DNA of 36,827 nt from Armatimonadota bacterium (GTDB taxonomy: Bacteria > Armatimonadota > Zipacnadia > Zipacnadales > UBA5352): contig JAYENL010000131.1 in the NCBI GenBank assembly GCA_034722055.1, forward strand, positions 1 to 36,827, in the 5' to 3' direction. The position numbers were made by a program, and so were the translations under genes. A model generated the notes under the pieces. It did no database searches. It saw only the letters and a program-made list of their open reading frames with translations, and had not been told where the DNA came from. Below, piece after piece: positions 8,786 through 17,770 of this stretch (position 1 is its first letter; every line of letters begins with the position of its first letter).

Positions 8786-11067
8786 CACCCGCCCTCGCCC
8801 TGCTCCCCCTCCGCCTCCTGCTGGCTTGGCTGGGGCTGCTCGCCGGGCGCCGGCGACCAGATCATCACCGGGCGCGTGATGCCCCCGGTGCCCAGCTCGT
8901 TCAGCTCCTCGTTGGTGACCTTCACGCAGATCAGGTTCTCGCGACCGAAGCGGACGGCGTGGGTGATGTCGGTCTCCACCGGCTGCCACCCGTTCGTCTC
9001 CCACTCGCCGATGTAGGTGTCATTGACCCACAGCTTGGCGGTCTCGTCCACGCCACCGAACCACAGCATCAGCTTTCGCCCGCCCCACTTGGGCGGGATA
9101 GTGACCGTCTGACGGTACCACATGGCGCCCCGGTAGTAGCGCAGGCCCTGGTCGCTCCAGCTCGCCGAGAAGGTCTTCAGCCGCTGCCAGGCGTCGTCCT
9201 CGAGCCGCCGGGCCCAGTAGCGCAGGTCCTCGCCCACGTTCAGCGGGTCCATGTAGGTCCGCCACTGATCGGCGAACTGATGCACCAGCTCATTGCGGCC
9301 CTCCACGCGCTGGACGGCCTGCTCCACCTCATTGGCCCAGAAGCGCTCCACCCGTGACACGCCGCCGTGCCGCTCCATCAGCGGGGGATCGTGCTGATGC
9401 ATCCACTCCCCGATCTGGCGCATCTCATCCAGCGCCTTCTTGGCCTCGCGCCAGCGGAACCCCTCGGCCGCCTGGCGCATGCGCAGGAAGGCGTCCAGGT
9501 AGGCGAGGCTCTGGTCAGCGATGTGCACGCGAGCCTCATAGGGCGCGGCCCCCCTCGCCATCCGCTTGGCCTGGTCCAGCCGCCGGAAGAGGTACTTCAT
9601 GACCTCCGGCGTGTAGATGTCCGGGATGTTGACGGCGTTTCCGGTGTGGTGGGGAGCGTCCCGCCGCGCTTGGTCCATCCGCGTCCAGTACTGTTGCATG
9701 GGCACTGCCGCGGGTCCGTAGAGCTTCTCGTAGTAGTCCTGCAGCAGCACCTGCACGTCCACGTCGGCGTCCCACATCAGCCTCGCCATGACGTAGCCCA
9801 GCGGCCCGTAGTTGGCCCACGACATCTGCGTCTCCACGCGGAAGCCGGTGATCCCGGCCTTCTTGCAGTAGGGGATCTCGTAGGCCCAGCGGCTGACGTA
9901 GTTGAGCGGCAGGCTCGGCCCTGCCAGGTTGTAGCTGTAGCCTCTGTGGTAGACCTCCGGGCTGATCTTGGTCCACTCCCGGATGAGGTACTGATGGTAG
10001 TTGCGCTCCGGGCACACCGGGTTGCCCATTCCGTGCAGCCGGCAGAGCGTGATGGGGGCCACGGCCGGCACGAGGCTGGGGTCGGGCATGACCTCCCTGG
10101 GCGGTCGAATGTAGTTGTGGTAGGCGTAGAACGCGAACCTGATGCCGGGGTAGACCTGGTGCACCTGCTCGGCCACGGCGTTCGCGAAGCGGAGGAAGCG
10201 GTCGGTTATGGAGATCTCACCGCTGAAGGGATCGTAATCGCCGGTGTCCTGCGCCCGGCAGTTGGGGCACTCGCAGAAGCCACCGCCGTCGTTTGGCCCG
10301 ATGCCGAACCAGGTCCTGTCCGGATTCTCCTCGTGCATGCGGATGATGCTTTCCGCCGCCAGCGCCACCACGGCGGGGTTGGAGGTGCAGAGCTGTCGGG
10401 GGACGCGCTCGCCGTCCACCAGGGAGTAGTACTCCGGGTGGGCCTCATAGTACTGGTCCGGCGGCACCAGGCTGTTCCAGGAGTGCGAGGCCGGGAAGTG
10501 TGGGCCGCCCAGGCGGTTGCGCAGCGCCCACTCATCCGTGGCCTCGCCCTGGGGGAGGGACTGCAGACGCCTGGCGGTGAAGTCCGGCAGCTCCACCACG
10601 GAGAAGGTCTCCATCTGCACCTGGCCCAGCACGGGCACGACCTCCCCGATCTCGCCGGGCATGAACCATCGGCAGCCCAGGCGCGCCAGGAGGTCGTAGA
10701 CGGCGTAGCAGGTCGCCTGCGGGGTGGTGCCGGCCAGGCGAATGGCCTCGGGCGCCACCTCAACGAAGTAGCCGCTGTCATCCGCCGCGGCGCGCTCGCG
10801 CAGCACGTCGTTCGCCGCCGCATCCCCGATCTCAACGGTCAGCGCGGGCGTCTCGCCCCTCGGCAGCTCCGAGCCGACGCCCGCCAGCTTCGCCATGTAA
10901 CGCTCGAACTCCGCTGCCGCCCTCTGCTCCATGGCGTCCGGCTCATCAGGCAGCGTCACCGTGAAGTTCGCCCGCCCGCCGCTGACCAGGGTCACGGAGT
11001 CCGCTGCCGCCAGCGCGACAAGCGAGACAGTGGCGGCGATCATCAGAAGCCTGCGCAGAGTCATCAT
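8785..11067 (-). CDS. Secreted DUF4838-type putative glycoside hydrolase with C-terminal GH2-like sugar-binding domain
   Basis: Signal peptide MMTLRRLLMIAATVSLVALAAA; LGCRWFMPG, HPEYYSL, LCTSNP, PNDGGGFCECPNC, YAYHNY; C-terminal YRGAMWYRQ...LWFGGVDETAKLWVND. Confidence 0.8.
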   Translation of the reverse strand: MMTLRRLLMIAATVSLVALAAADSVTLVSGGRANFTVTLPDEPDAMEQRAAAEFERYMAKLAGVGSELPRGETPALTVEIGDAAANDVLRERAAADDSGYFVEVAPEAIRLAGTTPQATCYAVYDLLARLGCRWFMPGEIGEVVPVLGQVQMETFSVVELPDFTARRLQSLPQGEATDEWALRNRLGGPHFPASHSWNSLVPPDQYYEAHPEYYSLVDGERVPRQLCTSNPAVVALAAESIIRMHEENPDRTWFGIGPNDGGGFCECPNCRAQDTGDYDPFSGEISITDRFLRFANAVAEQVHQVYPGIRFAFYAYHNYIRPPREVMPDPSLVPAVAPITLCRLHGMGNPVCPERNYHQYLIREWTKISPEVYHRGYSYNLAGPSLPLNYVSRWAYEIPYCKKAGITGFRVETQMSWANYGPLGYVMARLMWDADVDVQVLLQDYYEKLYGPAAVPMQQYWTRMDQARRDAPHHTGNAVNIPDIYTPEVMKYLFRRLDQAKRMARGAAPYEARVHIADQSLAYLDAFLRMRQAAEGFRWREAKKALDEMRQIGEWMHQHDPPLMERHGGVSRVERFWANEVEQAVQRVEGRNELVHQFADQWRTYMDPLNVGEDLRYWARRLEDDAWQRLKTFSASWSDQGLRYYRGAMWYRQTVTIPPKWGGRKLMLWFGGVDETAKLWVNDTYIGEWETNGWQPVETDITHAVRFGRENLICVKVTNEELNELGTGGITRPVMIWSPAPGEQPQPSQQEAEGEQGEGG

Positions 11068-11289
11068 CTCACCCTTGTGACGTCGCATTGCGGCACCATC
11101 ACGACCATTGCCCTCCCGCCCCTCGGATTCCTTCACCGGCCACCACTGCGCTGCAGGGATGGACGTGCCGGCCACGGTTTCCTCCGCGAGGCCGATGCCA
11201 GTCGAGGTTGAGCGCCTGCGGCACGGGTGCAGACGCGGTGCGTGCTCAGATTGTCGGTTGGGGGCGGGCAGCTCGCCGGCGTGGTCGTC

Positions 11290-11349
11290 CGGAGCGGCGG
11301 CGTCTTCAGACCCCCCGGCCGTTGGTCGTCAGCTGTGGTCGTTGCCGTC
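11290..11349 (+). repeat. REP-like CGGAG-headed palindrome copy, opposite orientation to the copies at 115 and 7899
   Basis: CGGAGCGGCGG-cgtcttcagac-CCCCCGGCCGTT followed by GTCGTCAG and GTCGTTGCCGTC, which are reverse complements of the flanks of the other two copies. Confidence 0.7.
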
Positions 11350-11528
11350 GGAGGGGCCGCACGACGACGGATGTGAAGCATCCGGAGGAGGCCGGCCCAA
11401 CATGGTCCCTCCCGGAGGCGACCCGAGACCCAAGACGTTAGAGTCGCGCTCGAACGACAATCGCCCTGCGGGCACGGCCGTGGCCGTGGGACGAGCGGCG
11501 CAGAAGCGCCTCCGGGCGATGTAGCCAA

Positions 11529-11682
11529 GTAGGGGAGGGGCCGCCTGAGGCTCCAGCGTTGTTTGCTGGAGCCGAAGCCGGCCCGGCGCTCCGTTCGGCG
11601 CAGCGCCTCGCGACGCTGTCTCGTGGGTCGCGGGCCGGCTTCGTCGCGCATAAAGAGCATGCGCTCCTCAGGCGGCCCCCCC
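11529..11682. other. GTAG-headed multi-branched palindromic structure (complex REP-like element or structured ncRNA)
   Basis: Outer stem GGGGCCGCCTGAGG/CCTCAGGCGGCCCC encloses three arms, one of which branches again. Confidence 0.6.
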
Positions 11683-11868
11683 GCGGGCATCGGCGGCGTC
11701 AGCACAGAGGACAGGTACATGAATCTGGATGCTGCCACCGGCGCGGCTTGCGCTGCGGCGCCCGGCTTGATAGGATAGCGGCACCGCCCGGAGCGCGGCG
11801 CGCTCCCGGGCGGTGGTGGTCCGCGACAGCCGTACCACCTGCCCTGGCCGGGCGGGGGAGGATGCCTC

Positions 11869-12993
11869 ATGGGCGAGAGCCCAGCCCACGAACGCATCGG
11901 GGTCATCATGGCGGGAGGCGTTGGCGAGCGCTTCTGGCCGGTATCGCGCCCGAAGCGTCCCAAGCAGCTTCTGCCGCTGGGGCCCGGCGGCCGCACGCTG
12001 CTGGAGGCCACGGCCTCGCGCATCGGCAAAGCGCTGGGCCGACAGCGGCTGCTGATCGTTACCGGACGCCCGCTGCGCCGGCCCATCCTGGACGCCGGAC
12101 TTCCCCTCGGCGAGGCGCAGGTGGTGGCAGAGCCTGCAAAGCGCAACACCATGGGCGCCGTGGCCTGGGCTACTGCCTGGACCCTCGGCCGGCTGGGCCT
12201 GGCCGCCGATACCACCATGGCGGTTACCCCCGCAGATCAGCACGTCGGCGATGAGGCGGCCTTCAGCCGCGACCTGCAGGTGGCCATGGCGGCGGCGGAG
12301 GAGCTGGACGCGCTGGTGACCATCGGCATCGAGCCCACGCGGCCAGAGACGGGCTACGGCTACATCGAGGCGGAGGACGCGCCGCTGACGCTGCAGACCG
12401 TGGACGCTGGCGACAGCCTCCGCCGGGTGGCGCGCTTTTGCGAGAAGCCGGATCCGGATACGGCCCACCAGTTCCTGCACAGCGGCCGCTTCCTCTGGAA
12501 CAGCGGCATGTTCTTCTGGCGCATTAGCAGCCTTCTTGCGGAGCTGGAGCGTGCCAACGAGGAGGTGGCCAGCGCGACGCGAGCCATGGCCGAGGCGCTC
12601 GCGGATGGCGACCAGGTCGGCGCCGAGCGGCTTTTCGCGGAACTGCCGAACACCTCCGTGGATTATGCACTGATGGAGCGCGCCGAGCAGGTGCTGGTGG
12701 TGAGGGGGAGCTTCCCGTGGGACGACATCGGCGCCTGGGACGCCTGGCGGCGGGTGTCTGAGACCGACGAGCGGGGGAACACCACCCACGGGGAGCCGAT
12801 GCTGATCGACTGCGACGACTGCGCCGTTTACGAGGAGCTGCAGGGCGTTCCGGTGGCGGTCATCGGCATGACGTCGGTGGTGGTGGCCGTCAGCGAGGGC
12901 GGGGTGCTCGTGGCGCCTCTGGAGCGAGCGCAGGAGGTGCGCGACGTCGTGCAGGCACGCAGGCACGACGACTGTGGTGGGAGTGACCAGTGA
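11869..12993 (+). CDS. manC: Mannose-1-phosphate guanylyltransferase
   Basis: IMAGGVGERFWPVSR..PKQLL, EPAKRNT, PADQ, PTRPETGYGYI, FCEKP, WNSGMF, SVDYALME, WDDIGAW. Confidence 0.95.
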   Translation: MGESPAHERIGVIMAGGVGERFWPVSRPKRPKQLLPLGPGGRTLLEATASRIGKALGRQRLLIVTGRPLRRPILDAGLPLGEAQVVAEPAKRNTMGAVAWATAWTLGRLGLAADTTMAVTPADQHVGDEAAFSRDLQVAMAAAEELDALVTIGIEPTRPETGYGYIEAEDAPLTLQTVDAGDSLRRVARFCEKPDPDTAHQFLHSGRFLWNSGMFFWRISSLLAELERANEEVASATRAMAEALADGDQVGAERLFAELPNTSVDYALMERAEQVLVVRGSFPWDDIGAWDAWRRVSETDERGNTTHGEPMLIDCDDCAVYEELQGVPVAVIGMTSVVVAVSEGGVLVAPLERAQEVRDVVQARRHDDCGGSDQ

Positions 12994-14363
12994 TGGGCAA
13001 CGACAGGACGGTCGCCTTCGGATCCTACGATGTGCGGGGCCGCGTCCCCGATGAGCTGAACGAGGAGGTCGTCTACGACATCGGGCGGGCCTACGTGAAG
13101 CTCGTGGAGCCGGCGGGGCCGGTGGCGGTGGGCCACGACGTGCGGGAGTCCAGCCCGGCGATGTCCGAGGCGCTGATGCGCGGGCTCACCGATGCCGGCG
13201 CCGATGCTCTGGACATCGGCATGGTGGGCACCGAGGTGGTCTACTTCGCCTCGGCGCAGGAGGGCATCGGCGGGGGGATCATGGTGACGGCCAGCCATAA
13301 CCCCCGCGACTACAACGGACTCAAGTTCGTGCGCGACAGGGCCGTGCCCATCAGCGGGGACTCGGGCCTGTATGAGATCGAGCGGATGGTGGCCGAGCGG
13401 GACGTGGAGAGCGCCCCGCAGAAGGGCTCCGTGCGGCGCGAGGACGTCACCGAGGCCTACGTGAGCTGCGTCCTGGATTTCATCGAGCCCAGAAAGCTGG
13501 AGCCGCTGCACGTGGTGGTCAATGCCGGCAACGGCTGCGCCGGCCCTCTCCTGGACATGATCGCTGAGCACCTCCCCCTGCGCCTCACGCGCATCGACCA
13601 CGAGCCGGACGGGACCTTCCCGCACGGCGTTCCCAATCCGCTGAGGCCCGAGAAGCAACAGCGCACCGCCGATGCGGTGCGGCGGTCGGGAGCCTCACTG
13701 GGCGTCGCCTGGGACGGCGACTCCGACCGGTGCTTCTTCTTCGACGAGGATGCCGACTTCATCAACGGCTACTACCTGGTGGGCCTGCTGGCACAGCGGA
13801 TGCTGCACGACGCCGAGCCCGGCGCGAGGGTCATCCACGACCCGCGGCTGATCTGGAACACCATCGAGATCGTTAGAGAGAATGGCGGCCAGCCTGTGCA
13901 GAGCAAGACCGGCCACGCCTTCATCAAGGAGCGGATGCGTTCCGAGGACGCCGTCTACGGGGGCGAGATCTCGGCCCACCATTACTTCCGCGCCTTCTAC
14001 TACGCTGACTCGGGCATGATCCCGTGGCTGCTGGTGGCGGACATCATCAGCAGGCAGCAGCGGCCCATGTCGGAGCTGGTGGCCGAGCACGAGGAGCGCT
14101 TCCCCTGTAGCGGGGAGATCAACGTGGACGTGGCCGACGAGGACGCGCAGAGACACGCCCTGGGGCACGTGCGGGAGCACTTCGAGGAGCTTGGCGGTGA
14201 GGTGGACACTACCGACGGCGTCTCGGTGGCCTTCGACCGCTGGCGCTTCAACCTGCGACCCTCGAATACTGAGCCGGTGATTCGACTCAACGTGGAGAGC
14301 CGGGGCGACAGGGATCTGCTGGAGGAGAAGACCAGCGAGGTGCTGGCGCAGATCGAGGGCTGA
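12993..14363 (+). CDS. manB: Phosphomannomutase/phosphoglucomutase
   Basis: YDVRG, VTASHNP (phospho-Ser), DGDSDR, GGEISAHHYF, NLRPSNTEP; TGATG overlap with manC. Confidence 0.95.
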   Translation: MGNDRTVAFGSYDVRGRVPDELNEEVVYDIGRAYVKLVEPAGPVAVGHDVRESSPAMSEALMRGLTDAGADALDIGMVGTEVVYFASAQEGIGGGIMVTASHNPRDYNGLKFVRDRAVPISGDSGLYEIERMVAERDVESAPQKGSVRREDVTEAYVSCVLDFIEPRKLEPLHVVVNAGNGCAGPLLDMIAEHLPLRLTRIDHEPDGTFPHGVPNPLRPEKQQRTADAVRRSGASLGVAWDGDSDRCFFFDEDADFINGYYLVGLLAQRMLHDAEPGARVIHDPRLIWNTIEIVRENGGQPVQSKTGHAFIKERMRSEDAVYGGEISAHHYFRAFYYADSGMIPWLLVADIISRQQRPMSELVAEHEERFPCSGEINVDVADEDAQRHALGHVREHFEELGGEVDTTDGVSVAFDRWRFNLRPSNTEPVIRLNVESRGDRDLLEEKTSEVLAQIEG

Positions 14364-14436
14364 CCCGTGCTCGACGCGTGGCATCATCGAGCGGTCCGCA
14401 TTGCCTGCGGCCGCCACGTGGTGACCGACGGGAGCG

Positions 14437-15444
14437 ATGATGGAGAGGTCGAGGCGCGAGCGCAACCGGCTGAACTTCCCCCTGCGCTGCAGCCCACTGC
14501 TGAGGCGGAAGATCTGGGGCGGCCGGGGCTTGGCGGAGGTGCTGGGCAAGGCGCTGCCCCCCGGTGAGCTGGTGGGAGAGGCCTGGGAGGTGGCGGATCT
14601 GCCTGAGGCCAGCTCCAGCATCGCCGACGGCCCGCTGGCCAACGTCAGCCTGCGAGAGGTCATGGAGCGCTTCGGCCCGGAGCTGCTGCCCCGTGGCGGC
14701 GACCAGTTCCCACTGCTGGTGAAGTTCATCGACGTGCAGGACGACTCCAGCATCCAGGTGCACCCCGACGCCGAGACCTGTCGCCGGCTCTATCCCGACG
14801 AGCGCTGCAAGAGCGAGACGTGGGTCATCATCCACGCCGAGCCCGGCAGCGCGGTGGTGCACGGCTTCCGGGAGGGCGTGACGGCGGAGGAGGTTCGCCG
14901 GCGCATCGCCGACCGCAGCATTGCGGAGGTGCTGCGGCGCGTCCCGGTGGCTCCCGGGGATGTGCTGCATCTGCCCGCGGGCACCATCCACGCCATGCTG
15001 CGGGGGGTGATGCTGCTGGAGGTGCAGCAGCCCTCGGATTCCACCTTCCGCATAGAGGATTACGACCGCCCCGGGCCGGAGGGTCGGCCGCGCGAGCTCC
15101 ACGTGGAGCAGGCCCTGCAAAGCCTGCACGTGGGCGAATCCGGGGCGCCCCGCGTGATCCCGAGGCTCGAGCGCTTCGAGTGGGGCACCCGAGAGGTGCT
15201 GGTGAGCGCCGGGGCGTACCGCATGCAGCGTCTCACGCTGCACGCTGCGATGTGCTGGCGGCAGCCAAGCGACGTTCCCGCCGTGATGGTGGTGGTCATC
15301 GGCTCAGTTGAGGTTCGCTGGCCGGAGGGCGAGGCTCTCTTCAGCATGGGGGAGAGCTTGATCGTCCCGCCCGGAGTCGAGGAGCTGACCATTGTGCCGG
15401 TGGGCGAGAGCCAGGTGGTGGTGGCCCTGCCGGCGAGCAGATAG
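14437..15444 (+). CDS. manA: Type I mannose-6-phosphate isomerase
   Basis: KIWGG, GEAWEV, FPLLVKFID, SIQVHPD, KSETW, PAGTIHA, EVQQPSD.TFR. Confidence 0.92.
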   Translation: MMERSRRERNRLNFPLRCSPLLRRKIWGGRGLAEVLGKALPPGELVGEAWEVADLPEASSSIADGPLANVSLREVMERFGPELLPRGGDQFPLLVKFIDVQDDSSIQVHPDAETCRRLYPDERCKSETWVIIHAEPGSAVVHGFREGVTAEEVRRRIADRSIAEVLRRVPVAPGDVLHLPAGTIHAMLRGVMLLEVQQPSDSTFRIEDYDRPGPEGRPRELHVEQALQSLHVGESGAPRVIPRLERFEWGTREVLVSAGAYRMQRLTLHAAMCWRQPSDVPAVMVVVIGSVEVRWPEGEALFSMGESLIVPPGVEELTIVPVGESQVVVALPASR

Positions 15445-15632
15445 CCCACAGCCGTCCTCCGGGCTACTCGGTAAGGCGCGGGCCGGCAGCGCAGAGGCCC
15501 CTCAGGGCGCGCATGCCAGGTGTGGGTGGAACGCGCGGGCGGCGCGCCCGGAGGCCTTTGCGCGCCTCTTTCCGCAGCCACAGCCCCTGCCCGCAACCGG
15601 CAATCTCAGGCCGCATTTGCCACGGAGAAGCG

Positions 15633-15662
15633 GTTGCAATTGCAACTGAAATCTGCTATACT
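15633..15662 (+). promoter_or_regulatory. sigma70-type promoter of the marR-efflux operon with an overlapping palindromic operator
   Basis: TTGCAA (15634-15639), 17 nt, then TATACT (15657-15662) with extended TG; perfect palindrome GTTGCAATTGCAAC at 15633-15646. Confidence 0.75.
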
Positions 15663-15722
15663 GGCTCCCTGAGCAGCAATCGCGCGAGTGCGGAGTGCAA
15701 TGCCGACTCGGCGGTGGTGCAA

Positions 15723-16223
15723 TTGAAGAGCCGCAGGCCTAGGCCGAGGACCGCAGGCCGCTACATCGGGGCGGTGCATCGCTTCGCGCGCAGGTACTTC
15801 GCGGCGCAGATGGGCCGGCTGGGGCTGCCGCCGACGGCATTCCCGCTGATCCTGCGACTTCTGCGACGCGACAACGTCAGCCAGGATGAGCTGGCCGGGG
15901 ACTTCCTGGTGGACAAGGGCACGGCCGCGCGGACGCTCGCGAAGCTCGAGGATGCAGGGCTGGTGACCCGCACCGTGGACGAGGAGGACCGGCGCATAAA
16001 GCGCGTGCGGGTTACGGACAAGGCGCGGGAGCTGGAGCCGGGTATCATAGCCGCGGCTCGGGCGTGGAATGAGAAGCTGCTCGACGGCTTCTCGGAGGAG
16101 GAGAAGAGGACCGCACTCGAGTACCTCGAGCGGATGGCCAAGAACGCCAAGGCGCACTGGCAGGACGTGGCCGAGACCGAGGGGCTGCCCGTACATCGCC
16201 GCTCGGGGCGCCGCTCACGGTGA
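15723..16223 (+). CDS. MarR-family transcriptional regulator
   Basis: VSQDELAGDFLVDKGTAARTLAKLEDAGLVTR..DEEDRRIKRVRVTDKA winged-helix signature; start is TTG 15723 or GTG 15714. Confidence 0.92.
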   Translation: MKSRRPRPRTAGRYIGAVHRFARRYFAAQMGRLGLPPTAFPLILRLLRRDNVSQDELAGDFLVDKGTAARTLAKLEDAGLVTRTVDEEDRRIKRVRVTDKARELEPGIIAAARAWNEKLLDGFSEEEKRTALEYLERMAKNAKAHWQDVAETEGLPVHRRSGRRSR

Positions 16224-16390
16224 CGCATCCGGCTCGTTGCGCGCTGTTTCCCCCGATGCTGGAAAGATCCCCAGGGCTGGCGAGCGCCTGCCGGGGGAGT
16301 CGCACTGACACCATGTTGCCGGCACGCTCTCGCGGGGCCGGCGGGGATGTGACTGACACGAGGACGCAGATGGAGTTGCTGGTGGTTGCC

Positions 16391-17770
16391 ATGATGGATG
16401 CTGGTGCCGACGTGGTAAGGCGTACTGCTCGCGCCCTGGTCACTGTGGCTCTCTTCGGTGTGTGCTGGGGCGCTGCGGCGCAGGAGGCCCCGCAGTCCCT
16501 GACGCTTCAGGAGGCGCTGGCGCTGGCGCTGGAGCGGAGCCCGGCGCTGGCCGCCGCCGAGAGCGACCTGCGGGGGCGTCAGGCGGCACTGGACGGGCAG
16601 AACGGCCGCTGGCTCCCGCGGCTGACCACCGACTGGAGCTGGCGCTGGCAGCAGTCGCTGCCCAGGTCGGTCAGCATCGGCGGCGGAACTATCGTCACGC
16701 AGAGGCAGAGGACCAGCACCCGCGACGTCGGGATGACGGTGAGCCAGACCTTCTGGCAGTCGGGGCTGCCTGAGGCCATCGACTCGGCACGGCAGCAGGT
16801 GCGGGCAAGCGAGGCCGGGCTGGAGAACCAGCAGCGGCAGCTCCTGATGCGAGTCGCCGGCACCTTCCTCACGATTCTCGCCGACCGAGAGCTGGTGGCG
16901 GTCGCCGACGAGGCGGTCAGCGCCGCCGAGAGGCACCTGGAGATGGTGGAGGCGCGCATCGAGGCCGGCGCCGCCGCCCCGGCCGATCGCTTCCCGGTGG
17001 AGGCCGAGCTGGCGGCCGCGCGCCTGGAGTCGGTCACCGCCACCAACGCCGTCTGGCAGGCCGTCGTCGAGCTGCGCTCGCTGCTGGCGCTGCCGCCCGA
17101 CGCCCTTCCCCTGCTCAGGGGCGCCCTGGAGGAGCGGCGGGCGGAGGGCGAGCTGCGGGCGTGGATCGATGAGGGCCTGTCCCAGCGCCAGGACCTGCGC
17201 GCTCAGCGACACAGCGTGCGGGTAGCGGAGCTGAACGTCAGCCAGGCGGAGATCGACGCTGGTCTGAGCCTCAGCTTCCAGGGGCAGGCGGATTACGGGC
17301 GGTATAGCGGCACCACCGGCGAGAGCTGGTGGCTGGGAGCGGGCGCCAGCTTCCCGCTGCATGATCGCCAGGCGCGTGCGGGCGTGGACCAGGCGGAGGC
17401 GAGCCTGGAGAGCGCTCGGCAGCGGCTGGCCGAGTTGGAACTGGCCGTCGCCCAGGAGGTCTCGCAGGCCTTCTACGCCCTGGAGGATGCCGGCCAGCGC
17501 GTCACGGCCGCCGAGGCGTCGGTGGCGGCGGCCAGAGCCAACCTGGAGGCCGCCCAGGCGCGCTACGCCGAGGGAGCGGCGTACATCATCGAGGTCACTG
17601 ACGCCGAGCTGTCGTGGCGCCGGGCCAGCACCAGTCTGGTCCAGGCGCGCTTCGATCGCACTGTCGCCTACTACCAGCTCCTTGCGGCTGCGGGCCGGCT
17701 GCTCACCGAGCCGGAGGCCGGGGAGCCCGCCACTGAGCCGGCGGACAACGAGACGGTGGGAGGACCATGA
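16391..17770 (+). CDS. TolC-family outer membrane efflux protein
   Basis: Signal peptide, LTLQEALALALERSP, two OEP-like repeats, ARYAEG...EVTDAE; start uncertain (16391 or 16412). Confidence 0.9.
   Translation: MMDAGADVVRRTARALVTVALFGVCWGAAAQEAPQSLTLQEALALALERSPALAAAESDLRGRQAALDGQNGRWLPRLTTDWSWRWQQSLPRSVSIGGGTIVTQRQRTSTRDVGMTVSQTFWQSGLPEAIDSARQQVRASEAGLENQQRQLLMRVAGTFLTILADRELVAVADEAVSAAERHLEMVEARIEAGAAAPADRFPVEAELAAARLESVTATNAVWQAVVELRSLLALPPDALPLLRGALEERRAEGELRAWIDEGLSQRQDLRAQRHSVRVAELNVSQAEIDAGLSLSFQGQADYGRYSGTTGESWWLGAGASFPLHDRQARAGVDQAEASLESARQRLAELELAVAQEVSQAFYALEDAGQRVTAAEASVAAARANLEAAQARYAEGAAYIIEVTDAELSWRRASTSLVQARFDRTVAYYQLLAAAGRLLTEPEAGEPATEPADNETVGGP

Noticed and set aside
11514..11600. 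tRNA-like 5' start GGCGATGTAGCCAAGT
   Set aside because: No anticodon stem, no TTCRA T-loop and no matching acceptor 3' strand/CCA.
11537..11682. tmRNA, SRP or RNase P identity for the branched structure
   Set aside because: Lacks the tmRNA T-arm/CCA end and tag ORF, the SRP GGAA/AGCAG motif and the RNase P GAGGAAAGUCC motif; too short for tmRNA or RNase P.
11088..11868. ORFs in the 800-bp intergenic region
   Set aside because: Arg/Pro/Gly-rich, no motifs or SD; the region is dominated by palindromes.
11869..15444. manC-manB-manA cluster as a novel system
   Set aside because: Standard GDP-mannose pathway with intact canonical motifs.
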